Virus record (IMG/VR): IMGVR_UViG_3300032040_000043
Span: 1-26,146 of that record
Length of the DNA: 26,146 nt
Source: a virus
Lineage: Duplodnaviria > Caudoviricetes
Strand: one strand, 5' to 3'
The translations under genes and the position numbers were made by a program. Below, one piece after another: positions 1-9,173 of the stretch; the first letter of the stretch is position 1, and the number at the start of each line of letters is the position of its first letter. The notes under the pieces are model-generated. The model saw only the letters and a list, made by a program, of their open reading frames with translations, did not search any database and had not been told where the DNA came from.

Positions 1-1
1 T

Positions 2-118
2 TTTCTGGCCAGATTCCAGACCTGATATCGTTTTCCCCTGGTCAAAATTCTGCCAGATGGAGAAAGTCAACATCAAAGCCAGTCCAATTATGATCCAAGG
101 GAAATATTTCTGGTTCAT
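2..118 (-). CDS. Partial ORF running off the window end; N-terminal TM helix then hydrophilic segment, candidate i-spanin (Rz-like)
   Basis: ATG at 118 overlaps the TGA of the upstream ORF (ATGA). Translates MNQKYFPWIIIGLALMLTFSIWQNFDQGKTISGLESGQK. Lies downstream of the endolysin. Not in the ORF track. Confidence 0.5.
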   Translation of the reverse strand, partial: MNQKYFPWIIIGLALMLTFSIWQNFDQGKTISGLESGQK

Positions 119-234
119 TTAAAGAGGGATATAATCGCATCGAAGATTTGAGTAGCAGCCAAAAAGACTACCGCTACAAATACTACTAATTCAATCCAGT
201 GCCAATTTTTCCAATTGTTTAATTCGTCAAACAT
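115..234 (-). CDS. Small single-TM membrane protein in the lysis cassette (39 aa)
   Basis: Likely start MFDELNNWKNW at 234, just after the endolysin stop, rather than 318. Hydrophobic stretch IELVVFVAVVFLAATQIF. Confidence 0.55.
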   Translation of the reverse strand: MFDELNNWKNWHWIELVVFVAVVFLAATQIFDAIISLFK

Positions 235-254
235 AGTTTCTGTTTTTAAAAGGG

Positions 255-755
255 TTATACTCGTTTCATCCAGCCGTTGAAATATTTCTCCTGGTCTGGT
301 CTTTCCCTGCAAATCCATACATACCTCATAAATTGAAGTCCGTTTAATACCTTCAACAATATTTTGTCATCCACTTTGCGGTATGCTGTAATGGTGATAG
401 GGCCTATTTTTCCATCCACTTCAAGATTCGGAAAGTCTCTTCCATTTCGGTTCATTAGATTTAAAGCCTCCTGAAGGAATCTTCTGGATATTCCCTGGCC
501 CATATTCACCCCGGTATCAAATAACTCCAGTGCAAGTTCATAATTCAGCATATGGTGAGATCCCGAAGCTTTCCAGTAATCTTCCAGATAAATATCCTTG
601 GCTCCTTCAATCGTTAAATTCTTAATATCTACATGCGGATACGCGCTTTTAGAAATCCCGTATTTGGTTTCTCCTCCGCGATCTGTGGGATCGTTCACAT
701 AACCGCCTTCAATCATTATCAGTTCGTGGAATGCTTTTTCAAAGTTCTGGTTCAT
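255..755 (-). CDS. Endolysin, glycoside hydrolase family 108 with C-terminal peptidoglycan-binding (PG_binding_3-like) region
   Basis: EGGYVNDPTDRGGETKYGIS motif, FDTGVNMG, VDGKIGPIT and terminal FNGWMKRV. Start MNQNFEKAF at 755 avoids overlap with the holin (track start 821). Confidence 0.93.
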   Translation of the reverse strand: MNQNFEKAFHELIMIEGGYVNDPTDRGGETKYGISKSAYPHVDIKNLTIEGAKDIYLEDYWKASGSHHMLNYELALELFDTGVNMGQGISRRFLQEALNLMNRNGRDFPNLEVDGKIGPITITAYRKVDDKILLKVLNGLQFMRYVWICRERPDQEKYFNGWMKRV

Positions 756-780
756 TAGAATAGATTTTTTATTCGAGGTA

Positions 781-1353
781 TCATTTAAAAAAGCTTTTAA
801 TTTTTGCAATAATAGTTTCATTTACCGTTGCGGTCATATCATCAAGCCATTCGAAAAGCCGGGGTTTTGCCCTGAATCTTCGCTTGTAATTTTCCCCGAC
901 TGAGTGCATATCGAATAAAAAGGCCATAATCCCAACCGTTGCAATACTGTAAAGAAAAAACTTATAAATTAAATTCACTTCCAGTAAGGCAAAGACCAAA
1001 GCAAAGAAGGATAGTCCCATTAAAATAATAATGATAGCGACTAACTTATAAATGGAAGACCATAATTTTTCGCTCTTGATATATCCGGGTTGCCCTGCAG
1101 CTTCAAATTTAGCGGCCTGAATCCCTGACCAAAAATCTAATATATAAGCCATCAAATAAATCATAAAAGAAAGTGCCGCAATTAAAAAAGGTATAAGCAA
1201 ATCTTTAATAGGCATTGCATCGGTAAATTCCCGAAGTATCTCAGTTAGCGGCGCTCCTGTAACGGCGCCTAATAATACTAAAGATCCATTTCTGAAATGG
1301 GCTGCTTTCTTGATGATAATAAAGACTTCGGGGGCGTCTTGTAGTGGGGTCAT
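781..1353 (-). CDS. Holin (phage holin family 4-like, multi-TM)
   Basis: Several hydrophobic helices, a DFWSGIQAAK...IKSEKLWSSIYKL pattern, and position directly upstream of the endolysin. Confidence 0.75.
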   Translation of the reverse strand: MTPLQDAPEVFIIIKKAAHFRNGSLVLLGAVTGAPLTEILREFTDAMPIKDLLIPFLIAALSFMIYLMAYILDFWSGIQAAKFEAAGQPGYIKSEKLWSSIYKLVAIIIILMGLSFFALVFALLEVNLIYKFFLYSIATVGIMAFLFDMHSVGENYKRRFRAKPRLFEWLDDMTATVNETIIAKIKSFFK

Positions 1354-1372
1354 TTAATAGGTGTTTTAAATA

Positions 1373-1849
1373 TTATAATCTTACCTTTATCGGTGCTTTC
1401 TTAGCCAATGCCTCAAAGAAATGCGCATCGTGCCAGCTTTGTTTAGACAAATGTTCTGCGTACCATTCGTGCCGGATATCGATGCTCCAATGGTCGTTCA
1501 TTATCGCGTGGCGTTTCTTATTGAGTTGCAAGCCGTAGAGCTTCCCGATTTGCCTGAAAAATATAATCCGGGTCAAGTGCCTGAAGGGTTTTAGTTCCTC
1601 GTTTAGATAGATGGTTTCTCCATCTTCTGAAAACCTTCCCAACATATTGAGATCCGATTTTACGAATAAGATATTGCGAACTGAATCGAGTTGTGCTATA
1701 TTTTCAACTTTGGCATATCTCGCGCTTTGATGGAAGTCTTTTATCAGTTCTAAGAGTTCAGGGTCATTGACCTCGCCTGTGAATTTAACTTGTTGTGCGC
1801 CCACATTCATTGTGAACAAAAGCAGTAATAAGGGGATAAGTTTTTTCAT
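1373..1849 (-). CDS. Secreted protein with a degenerate matrixin/metzincin-like motif
   Basis: Signal peptide MKKLIPLLLLLFTMNVGA. FRQIGKLYGLQLNKKRHAIMN has the spacing of HExGHxxGLxH...IM but lacks the Zn ligands. Confidence 0.5.
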   Translation of the reverse strand: MKKLIPLLLLLFTMNVGAQQVKFTGEVNDPELLELIKDFHQSARYAKVENIAQLDSVRNILFVKSDLNMLGRFSEDGETIYLNEELKPFRHLTRIIFFRQIGKLYGLQLNKKRHAIMNDHWSIDIRHEWYAEHLSKQSWHDAHFFEALAKKAPIKVRL

Positions 1850-1947
1850 AATTCAAAATATATTGCGATTAAAAATATGATTACCATCGGTATTAATACC
1901 AGTGGTAATAGTTCTAAGTGGGTGCGTTCTTTGTTTAGGTAGTTCAT
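1846..1947 (-). CDS. 33-aa single-TM peptide (not in ORF track)
   Basis: MNYLNKERTHLELLPLVLIPMVIIFLIAIYFEL*. Starts 1 nt after the upstream stop and its TGA overlaps the next ATG (ATGA). Confidence 0.55.
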   Translation of the reverse strand: MNYLNKERTHLELLPLVLIPMVIIFLIAIYFEL

Positions 1948-1948
1948 A

Positions 1949-2680
1949 TTATACGGCTGTTCCAGATGAATTAACCCACGCGCTACCATTCCACCAAATA
2001 GGCACACCTAAACTTGTATCGAAATACTGAAATGCCACTATTGAGGTGGTAGGTCTTAGGGCGGTTGTTCCCTTGTTTATTTTGGCTGCTGGGAAATTAT
2101 CGGTTAGCAATACATCTACCGTTCCAAATGCTTGAACCCTTGATATTTCAAACACACCTTTCCAGTCTTCAATACTTCCTGTTGTAACCCTGGTTACAAA
2201 TAAATTAGAAATACCAACAGACATATATTTAAAAATGTACGTTGTTAATCCAATCCATATGCAATGGTTTACCCCGTCATTCCCAAATCTAACAGGTAAA
2301 TTATACCTTGCATCTCCTGTAAGAATAGTTGCTGAATAATCAGTATCAATTACTGATGTAGTCCTTCCGTTTAATTGGATAATTGCGGCATCCTTAGCAT
2401 TTCCTGTATAGGTCTGGCCAAACAAATGAATTTGCATACTGAAATTAGCTACATTGGTCATAGCTACAGGAAGTTTAATTTTAATTGCTCCGGCAGTAGC
2501 TGAAGTGTATAGATTTGTCTTACCTCCCTTTGGGGTTGCGATGCTTAAAACATCGCCTTTATCCGTTCCCGCTCCTGATAAATCTGAATAGGGTTTTGGT
2601 TTCTCCATCACAAATACATCGCTTGCTGTGGTCGAGGCTAAACTGCCTTTTTTTAAATTCTTTATAAATCCTTTGTACAT
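1949..2680 (-). CDS. Tail fibre/spike-associated protein
   Basis: C-terminal GTTALRPT...YFDTSLGVPIWWNGSAWVNSSG, a motif typical of phage fibre proteins. Translationally coupled to the upstream gene. Confidence 0.6.
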   Translation of the reverse strand: MYKGFIKNLKKGSLASTTASDVFVMEKPKPYSDLSGAGTDKGDVLSIATPKGGKTNLYTSATAGAIKIKLPVAMTNVANFSMQIHLFGQTYTGNAKDAAIIQLNGRTTSVIDTDYSATILTGDARYNLPVRFGNDGVNHCIWIGLTTYIFKYMSVGISNLFVTRVTTGSIEDWKGVFEISRVQAFGTVDVLLTDNFPAAKINKGTTALRPTTSIVAFQYFDTSLGVPIWWNGSAWVNSSGTAV

Positions 2681-3636
2681 TAGAAATTGTATAAATTGTT
2701 TAAATTATATTTCCCTTGAAAAAGGCTGTTGACGTCCCTTGTGAATTGAACATAGGCAGTCGTGCCCACTATTTTAACGGAATGAACCCTAAGAACATCT
2801 AAAGGCCAAATAACCGCCTTTTGCGTGATAGAACTATAATCCACCCCGTTGCTCTTTCCTACTATCATCTTTTGACTTCCACCTGCATCTGACTCTATTA
2901 TTCCTATATACCATTGAAACCCGTTAAAATTAAAGTACGTTCCTATGGAAGGTTTAAAGAAATATCCTGTTTCTATCCCTGTTTTGGTGTCGATATCTTC
3001 CTCTCGCGTAAAGGTCAATCCCCTATCCGTTGATACTGACCTCGCCCAGGGTTGTGGTAAACCCCGCTTTCTTATGTGCGTTGCGATAACCCTGTTTGTG
3101 GAGATATCATATATTTTCGCATACCCTGTGTGATTGTCATCCCCAAAAATACCCAAGGGCTGATCTTGTGCTACTAAACTCATTAAATGAAGTTCAGCGG
3201 GCGGGCCTGAATATGTAAATAATTGGGTTTGTTGCAATCCTGCATTTCGCGGGTCTTCCGTAGCGGTGTGATAGTACAGGTAACTGATTCCGTCCATTTC
3301 TAAATACCAGGGGGTTTCTGCCTGATAATTCTCGTGAATTAAACCTACTTCAACAAAATCTGATAAATCAAGGTTATTTCCTTTTCCCAAATAAAGACCT
3401 CCTGCTCCTATATTGTGGTCTGTGGAATACAGGAAAAAGTATTTTTTATCACATGCCGCATTTTGATAGTCAGCAGTTTCATAATGTTTAAAGAAATAGA
3501 AACCACTCTTAACAATATCCACCCCAGCATAAAGCGGTCTAGTAAGATCATATATTTCCGCACTTATTGGCGTAGGGTTTACACCTGTTCTTTTTCTTAA
3601 CGCCCCCGCTGCCACTATGTTGAAAAATAAACTCAT
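2680..3636 (-). CDS. Putative beta-propeller glycoside-hydrolase-like tail-tip protein
   Basis: AETPWYL...YLYYH pattern, Asp-box-like SVSTDRGLTF, and position in the tail fibre module. Confidence 0.55.
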   Translation of the reverse strand: MSLFFNIVAAGALRKRTGVNPTPISAEIYDLTRPLYAGVDIVKSGFYFFKHYETADYQNAACDKKYFFLYSTDHNIGAGGLYLGKGNNLDLSDFVEVGLIHENYQAETPWYLEMDGISYLYYHTATEDPRNAGLQQTQLFTYSGPPAELHLMSLVAQDQPLGIFGDDNHTGYAKIYDISTNRVIATHIRKRGLPQPWARSVSTDRGLTFTREEDIDTKTGIETGYFFKPSIGTYFNFNGFQWYIGIIESDAGGSQKMIVGKSNGVDYSSITQKAVIWPLDVLRVHSVKIVGTTAYVQFTRDVNSLFQGKYNLNNLYNF

Positions 3637-4331
3637 TATATCGGGCTTGTTGTTATGTTGGTTGTGTTTTCAAATTCAGCATTTATAATACTTGAAGTGC
3701 CATCACTATGTAAAAAAGCCATAGGCGTTAATGGAAGGGTAAAGGTGGCTGCAGAAGTATGGTAAACAGTTCCGTTTGCCTCTATTGTTACTATTCCATC
3801 GGTAAGTCTTACGTAAACTCTAGTATCAGCGGTCAAGGTAATTACCGTATCTGCCAATGTCTGAACTCCAAGTTCAAAGACCTGAATGGATGATGACAGG
3901 TTGTTTAGAATAACCACAATCGGGGCGTCTCCAAAAGCTGCTGATGCTGCTGTTGTAAATCCTAACATCTGCTTTGAGTTCGTAGAGCCTTTTGCTGAAA
4001 TGGCGTTATTCCCGTTAATGGCTTTACTTCCATACCCTTTATTGCCCCATGATGTGATAGTCCCATATCTGGTTATCGTTCCATTACCTTCATAGGTTGC
4101 CCCTGTCATTTGCTCCCAAATCATATATTCAGAGCTGGAACTTGCTGAAATTGTGCTAAACCCTAAAGCACTACTTTGAGCCGATTCATTCCCTGCTCCG
4201 TCCACGGCTGAAACCGTTACGCTGTACGTTGTTTCAGCAGTCATTCCCGATAAGGCATAGGTTAAATCTGTTACCAATCCGGTGTTCTGTTTTATACCTC
4301 CCAAATAAATATTATATCCTGCTACTGCCAT
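3636..4331 (-). CDS. Tail fibre module: C-terminal part of an FN3 domain followed by a beta-rich lectin-like domain
   Basis: Begins MAVAGYNIY...LSGMTAETTYSVTVSAVDGAGNESAQS (FN3 strands C-G). In frame with the upstream gene. Confidence 0.7.
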   Translation of the reverse strand: MAVAGYNIYLGGIKQNTGLVTDLTYALSGMTAETTYSVTVSAVDGAGNESAQSSALGFSTISASSSSEYMIWEQMTGATYEGNGTITRYGTITSWGNKGYGSKAINGNNAISAKGSTNSKQMLGFTTAASAAFGDAPIVVILNNLSSSIQVFELGVQTLADTVITLTADTRVYVRLTDGIVTIEANGTVYHTSAATFTLPLTPMAFLHSDGTSSIINAEFENTTNITTSPI

Positions 4332-4334
4332 ATT

Positions 4335-6041
4335 TTAATCTGTTGATGCGTTCCAAGTAATTGTCGCTGTGGTATCGGTGATGTTTGATGCTGCTAGTCC
4401 TGTGGGTACTGATGGGGCTGTAGTGTCTACAACTGTTTCTATCACTTCCCAACCTATTGTTTGAATATCTAATTTTGTAATTGACTGCCCTGCGAACCAA
4501 GCTGCCACTAAAGACTGTATATTTTCATCCGTTGGGGTTGCGGTTAATGCTGATTCAGGGATTTGATATACTTTTAATTCGTTATCGGTAACGGCTGATG
4601 CTTCTGCATTTTCTGAGGGCAAAACCACATCTACTTCCCCGCCCATATAATTGAAATAAATAATCTGCAATCCTGCGGGGTAAATATCGTCTGTGGATTT
4701 ATTAAAAACATTCCAAAACGTAGGGAAAGTAATGGTATTGATTCCGTCCGATGTGATTTTATGTTTAATTGTAAACCCGTCCGTATTTCCAGAACCTACC
4801 AATGAATAGGCTATTGATGCCGATTGTGTGACTACATCTGAAAATTTATCCTTGTTGAAAGTAAGAACCGAATTAAACGTTTCTATAACCGGCTTAGGAA
4901 GCGTAACCACCCTGTTCGCATCTGGGGTTAAGGTTGTGCCATCGCTGGTCTTTACTCCTTTTACCACCTCTGCATCATTGGCTGGGGTGATTCCTAAAGC
5001 GGCAATGATTTTAGCAGAAGTAAGCGGGTTTATTGGGAATACGGCGAGTTCAACATCGTCATAGGTGTAGATTACATTTTCGTCTTTGACCAGGTACAAT
5101 ATATCTTCTTCCAGTACAAGTCCAGCAAGGTTCGTGAAGGTTTCAACAGGAATTGTGTTGCCTGCAAGGCTTACCGCATAATCCTTCGCTGCCTGTTCTG
5201 CGGCATCAGCCTTGCTTTGTGCGCCGGCAGTGGTTTCTTTTGAATTTGCCAGGTTGGCCAGGTCTTGAGCGGTGCCGTTGTAGGTTCCTTTGTCGAGTTT
5301 TAAACCTATTGATGTACCAAGGGCGTTTATTTGTGCCTGGATCTTTCCAAAGGCTATCAACACGGTATCGGCAGAAGCTATCGCGGCATTTTGCAGGGTG
5401 GTTAAGCCCGTGAGGATTGTTGCCCTTACACGGGCGCCGGTGAAGTACAGGTTTGAAGATCCTTCAACAACCTGATCAGTGGTGCCTGGTGAACTGACTG
5501 TTTCAGAAAATTGAGTACCGCCCCAGCGAAATTGCTTTCCTGAATTTGTATTGCCGGTGGTAATGTCCTGGTATAGTTTTGCCTCGCCTGGTGTTACTGG
5601 TGCGCCAAGCGTATCATTAAAGGTGGTGGTATTTACATAGGTGCCTTCAATGACTTCATCCATTACCGCATACATATTGGCAGCGGGTATTTTTGCATTG
5701 GCATCCAGCCCGGCATAGCCGTTAGCAATTCCTTTTTCAGATTTTGCTTGGTATGCTGTGAGCTGGGTGTCTGTATACTGAATCGCAACGCCGTCTATTG
5801 CGTCTATTGCGTTTTTTACCGCAATAGAACTTGGATAGCTGGTTGCGTTTGGAGCATCAAGGTTCTGGACTTTGTTGGCGGTTTTTTCGGAAGCGGTGTT
5901 TATTGCTTCAAGGGCGGCGTCGATTTTATCGGCATTTTCATTCAATCCCTGGGCAGCGGTGCGGGCAGGAGTACCGGTTTTGTCTCCTACCACGGTGCCG
6001 CGAAAAATCTTGTAAAGCGGTGATAATGTAAAGTATCCCAT
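4335..6041 (-). CDS. Tail fibre protein ending in the N-terminal part of an FN3 domain
   Basis: Fibre-type motifs EKGIANGYAGLDANAKIP, TTDQVVEGSSNLYFTGARV, AIASADTVLIAFGKIQAQI and ETTAGAQSKADAA. Ends DTTAPSVPTGLAASNITDTTATITWNASTD*. Confidence 0.8.
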   Translation of the reverse strand: MGYFTLSPLYKIFRGTVVGDKTGTPARTAAQGLNENADKIDAALEAINTASEKTANKVQNLDAPNATSYPSSIAVKNAIDAIDGVAIQYTDTQLTAYQAKSEKGIANGYAGLDANAKIPAANMYAVMDEVIEGTYVNTTTFNDTLGAPVTPGEAKLYQDITTGNTNSGKQFRWGGTQFSETVSSPGTTDQVVEGSSNLYFTGARVRATILTGLTTLQNAAIASADTVLIAFGKIQAQINALGTSIGLKLDKGTYNGTAQDLANLANSKETTAGAQSKADAAEQAAKDYAVSLAGNTIPVETFTNLAGLVLEEDILYLVKDENVIYTYDDVELAVFPINPLTSAKIIAALGITPANDAEVVKGVKTSDGTTLTPDANRVVTLPKPVIETFNSVLTFNKDKFSDVVTQSASIAYSLVGSGNTDGFTIKHKITSDGINTITFPTFWNVFNKSTDDIYPAGLQIIYFNYMGGEVDVVLPSENAEASAVTDNELKVYQIPESALTATPTDENIQSLVAAWFAGQSITKLDIQTIGWEVIETVVDTTAPSVPTGLAASNITDTTATITWNASTD

Positions 6042-6104
6042 TTATTTTTATATTTTTTTTTCGTGGAGGCGCCCTAATAGAGCGTCTTTACTATAATCTT
6101 TATT

Positions 6105-6281
6105 TTATATCTCATCAAAGGTTCGTGCCATTGTATCAAAAGTGATCGTCATACTGTCAAAAGTGAAGGGATACTCCACGGGCGGCGGCGGATTAATTAT
6201 CTTAACCCGCGCGGGGATATCCTGGTGAATGCTTTTCGCCGCCCGGTCTCCCAGTAATATTTTTTTGTTTAAGTCGGCCAT
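6105..6281 (-). CDS. 58-aa tail-associated small protein (not in ORF track)
   Basis: MADLNKKILLGDRAAKSIHQDIPARVKIINPPPPVEYPFTFDSMTITFDTMARTFDEI*. Three TFD units at 7-aa spacing. Fills the gap between two tail genes. Confidence 0.65.
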   Translation of the reverse strand: MADLNKKILLGDRAAKSIHQDIPARVKIINPPPPVEYPFTFDSMTITFDTMARTFDEI

Positions 6282-6330
6282 TATTTAGTATTGAGTATTG
6301 AGTTTTTTTGTATTCTTATTTCTCTTTTTT

Positions 6331-9105
6331 TTAAACTGTCGCCATTAATCCCAGCGGCGCCGGAAGGTTTGTAATTACACCAAGTCCATTCACGAAGTTG
6401 GCATCGAGCCATTCTATATCTACTATAGCATAGGCTCCACCTTCAGGATCTGATACTTCAACTTCCGCATCAAAAACAAAGATCAACTCATCTCCTAAAT
6501 TGTAACCAATAAGATCTTCGGTGATTTTTTCCGAAACAGCATCCGTGAAATCCAACCTATGATAATATAAAGGATTTCCGTTTTTTGTGATACTATATCT
6601 CGCATATCCATCTGTCATTCCATATCCACGGGCAAGGCTCAACATTACTTTGAAATTCAAATTAACGGAGACATTTGCTGGAATATCAGGAACGATATTC
6701 ATCTTGTAGGTTTCTTTTATGTACTGTGATGTTCGGGTGTTTTGGTCAATAGTTTCACCAATTTTCACGTACTCAATTGTGTAATTTGATTTCCGTAACA
6801 CCCGCATCGTATCACTGGCAACACTTCCAGCATTATCCGTTCCTGTCAACCTAAAGGTGTAGGCATTGCTTGTCAATCCTGATATTAACGGATTCAAGGC
6901 GGAAGGGCTTGAATAGCTTTCGCCGGGATCTCCTTCAATACGTTCCCATAATAAACTTTGAATAAACCCGTCTGGATCACTGGCCACGGCTTCGGTAATT
7001 TGCGCTGTGGTTTCTGAAGGTCCTATAAAAATATCGGGGCCCGCGTTTATGTAGGGCGGAATATTTCCAAGGGAAGCCCCTGCATAGACGCCTTCCAACA
7101 ATGTTACCTGACTTTCATTGTCATCGGTATTCCAGGAGACCGATGTGGGTACGAAGTATTTCTTTTCATCTTTAAAAGTGAATGCAATTAAATCGTTGAA
7201 TTTTATGGGATTTTGCACGGAAGCCTCTATCATTAGGTGCGGATCTTTAAACAACTTCCCTTCAATTTCCGCCACTACTTGTGCATAGGGTTTTTGTTCT
7301 ACCTGGAAAACAGCATCGCTCCATTTCAAAGATTCTGTCCTGTCTATAGTGGTGGGTTTGTAAGGTTTTGCAATTACCCAGAAACTGCCATCCTGATAAT
7401 ACCCTTCGGTTTCAATAGCCATTTCTTCGCTGCCGTTTAAATTGAAATGCACTTTGGGATTTTCAACTTTATTGAAGTAAATTTTATGACTTACAAATTC
7501 CGAAAATTGTTCTATCAATACGGCGCCTTCCACGGTAACTATGGAATAGTTTTTTCCGTTTTGCTGCCTTCCGTATTTTATGGGCACTTCTATGGAATAA
7601 CCTGAATTCTCTCCATAGCTGCGAATTTTCTCCAGGTAAAAACATTTTGATTCTGTTGACACATCGTCGCTTAATGCCAGATCTATATCGCGTGTTGTGC
7701 TGCAATCTTCATTTACAGTTTCGGTATAAATAAAATTCTTTTTCTGGTCCAGGTCTTCTACCTCACAATTGGTAAGGCGAACACTTCCTACCAGGGTATC
7801 GGCATAAATTCCGCGGGGTTCAAAGAGTTCTATATTTAAAAATCCGTTTTCCTGAGCCACAAATTCAAGGATCGCATTTGCTTTCAGGCTGCCATCAAAT
7901 ACAAGGCGCTGCGGGTTGCCTATCACGGTGGTTTCATTTGAGAAAATCTTATTGGTATTCAGGCTTATTTTGAAAACCATCATATCTATCCAGATCCCGG
8001 ATGCGCGCCTGATAGCTATTTCATCGGAAGTAAGTTCAACACCCTCTTTAGGCAATAACTGAAATGCAAGTTTCACCCGTACTTTATAACCTTTCAGCAA
8101 ATAAGGTTTTTCCCGAAGATCAATTTTATTCGATGGGCTTAAATCTTTCTGAAAACTGGCAGGCAATTCCAAATAGTATTCCGGAAACCGAATTTTAGGC
8201 ACGTAGAAATTATAGTTCCAATACCTCGGATTAAATACGCCCACCACTCCTGCAGCACGTACCCAGGAGATCTTTGTTTCCTGGAATACTTCCTGCGGAA
8301 GGGTAAGCTTTGAGGCTTCGTGGGTTACGTTCACTTCTTTTAAGCCCGGCACCAAAGAAATGGATGGCGTAGGGGACCAGTCGACTACTTTAATGTTTTT
8401 TTCGACGTCAAAACTGCCAAGGTAATTGCCATCTATGGAGTAGGTATCGAATTTCACTTTTCGGAGATGGCGAAAATTGATGCCTTCAATGTACCAACGC
8501 CCTTCACATTGAAATAGTTGGCAGCGCATAGATGAAATGAGTTCTTCCAGGATTTCATACACGGAAGGCGGTTTTTCATCATCAAAATATTTTCTGCCAT
8601 CAATTACAATTTGGTGCCACTTGGTATTCAAGTGGTTTTTTATTGCCGGTGCTAAATATATATCGAATGGGATGCCGGTCATTTTTAGAATTTCACACAG
8701 AACATCGGTGACATAATGTTCTTTTTCAAAGAAGGATGCGTCAAATTGTTTTCCGCGCAACAATCCCAAGCCATCGGTGGCACTAAATTTCACATAATGC
8801 ACGGCTGCTTCATAGGGTTCTTCGTAGGTTTCCGGAAGGAAAAAGCCCTGGTACACGATTTCTCCGGTGTCCTCTATGCGTTTGGTTACGCGGTATCGCT
8901 GTTCATCTGTGGTGAAGTATTCTATATACTTAGCATCGCTGCCGTCGTAATTTTCTAAGGTAAAATCGTATTGCCCGCCCACAATTGGCTGGGTCTTATC
9001 ACTACTTCCCTGCCAACTCAAAGCAAGGCTTGATTTTTCGGCATAGTGCAGCACCAGCGGATCGCTGATGTTTAAAAGGTCTTCTATGACGAGTTCGTAG
9101 TTCAT
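6331..9105 (-). CDS. Large tail-tip/baseplate hub protein with a C-terminal PKD/Ig-like domain
   Basis: Follows the tape measure. N-terminal YEEPY...FSATDGLGLL. PKD-like NIPPYINAGPD...ASDPDGFIQSLLWE...YTFRLTGTDNAG. Confidence 0.75.
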   Translation of the reverse strand: MNYELVIEDLLNISDPLVLHYAEKSSLALSWQGSSDKTQPIVGGQYDFTLENYDGSDAKYIEYFTTDEQRYRVTKRIEDTGEIVYQGFFLPETYEEPYEAAVHYVKFSATDGLGLLRGKQFDASFFEKEHYVTDVLCEILKMTGIPFDIYLAPAIKNHLNTKWHQIVIDGRKYFDDEKPPSVYEILEELISSMRCQLFQCEGRWYIEGINFRHLRKVKFDTYSIDGNYLGSFDVEKNIKVVDWSPTPSISLVPGLKEVNVTHEASKLTLPQEVFQETKISWVRAAGVVGVFNPRYWNYNFYVPKIRFPEYYLELPASFQKDLSPSNKIDLREKPYLLKGYKVRVKLAFQLLPKEGVELTSDEIAIRRASGIWIDMMVFKISLNTNKIFSNETTVIGNPQRLVFDGSLKANAILEFVAQENGFLNIELFEPRGIYADTLVGSVRLTNCEVEDLDQKKNFIYTETVNEDCSTTRDIDLALSDDVSTESKCFYLEKIRSYGENSGYSIEVPIKYGRQQNGKNYSIVTVEGAVLIEQFSEFVSHKIYFNKVENPKVHFNLNGSEEMAIETEGYYQDGSFWVIAKPYKPTTIDRTESLKWSDAVFQVEQKPYAQVVAEIEGKLFKDPHLMIEASVQNPIKFNDLIAFTFKDEKKYFVPTSVSWNTDDNESQVTLLEGVYAGASLGNIPPYINAGPDIFIGPSETTAQITEAVASDPDGFIQSLLWERIEGDPGESYSSPSALNPLISGLTSNAYTFRLTGTDNAGSVASDTMRVLRKSNYTIEYVKIGETIDQNTRTSQYIKETYKMNIVPDIPANVSVNLNFKVMLSLARGYGMTDGYARYSITKNGNPLYYHRLDFTDAVSEKITEDLIGYNLGDELIFVFDAEVEVSDPEGGAYAIVDIEWLDANFVNGLGVITNLPAPLGLMATV

Positions 9106-9173
9106 TTATTTTCTTGTTGATACGCCCAATTTGGGCGTCTTTACACATCTTTTTTCTATTCTCTTTTCTTTTT

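Noticed and set aside
4312-4500. 62-aa alternative-frame ORF across the split-FN3 junction as a frameshift bridge
   Set aside because: The two fibre ORFs are already in the same frame, and this ORF's translation shows no FN3 features.
1949-6041. Diversity-generating retroelement or invertible tail-fibre shufflon
   Set aside because: I saw no reverse transcriptase, template/variable repeat pair, invertase or oppositely oriented fibre segments.
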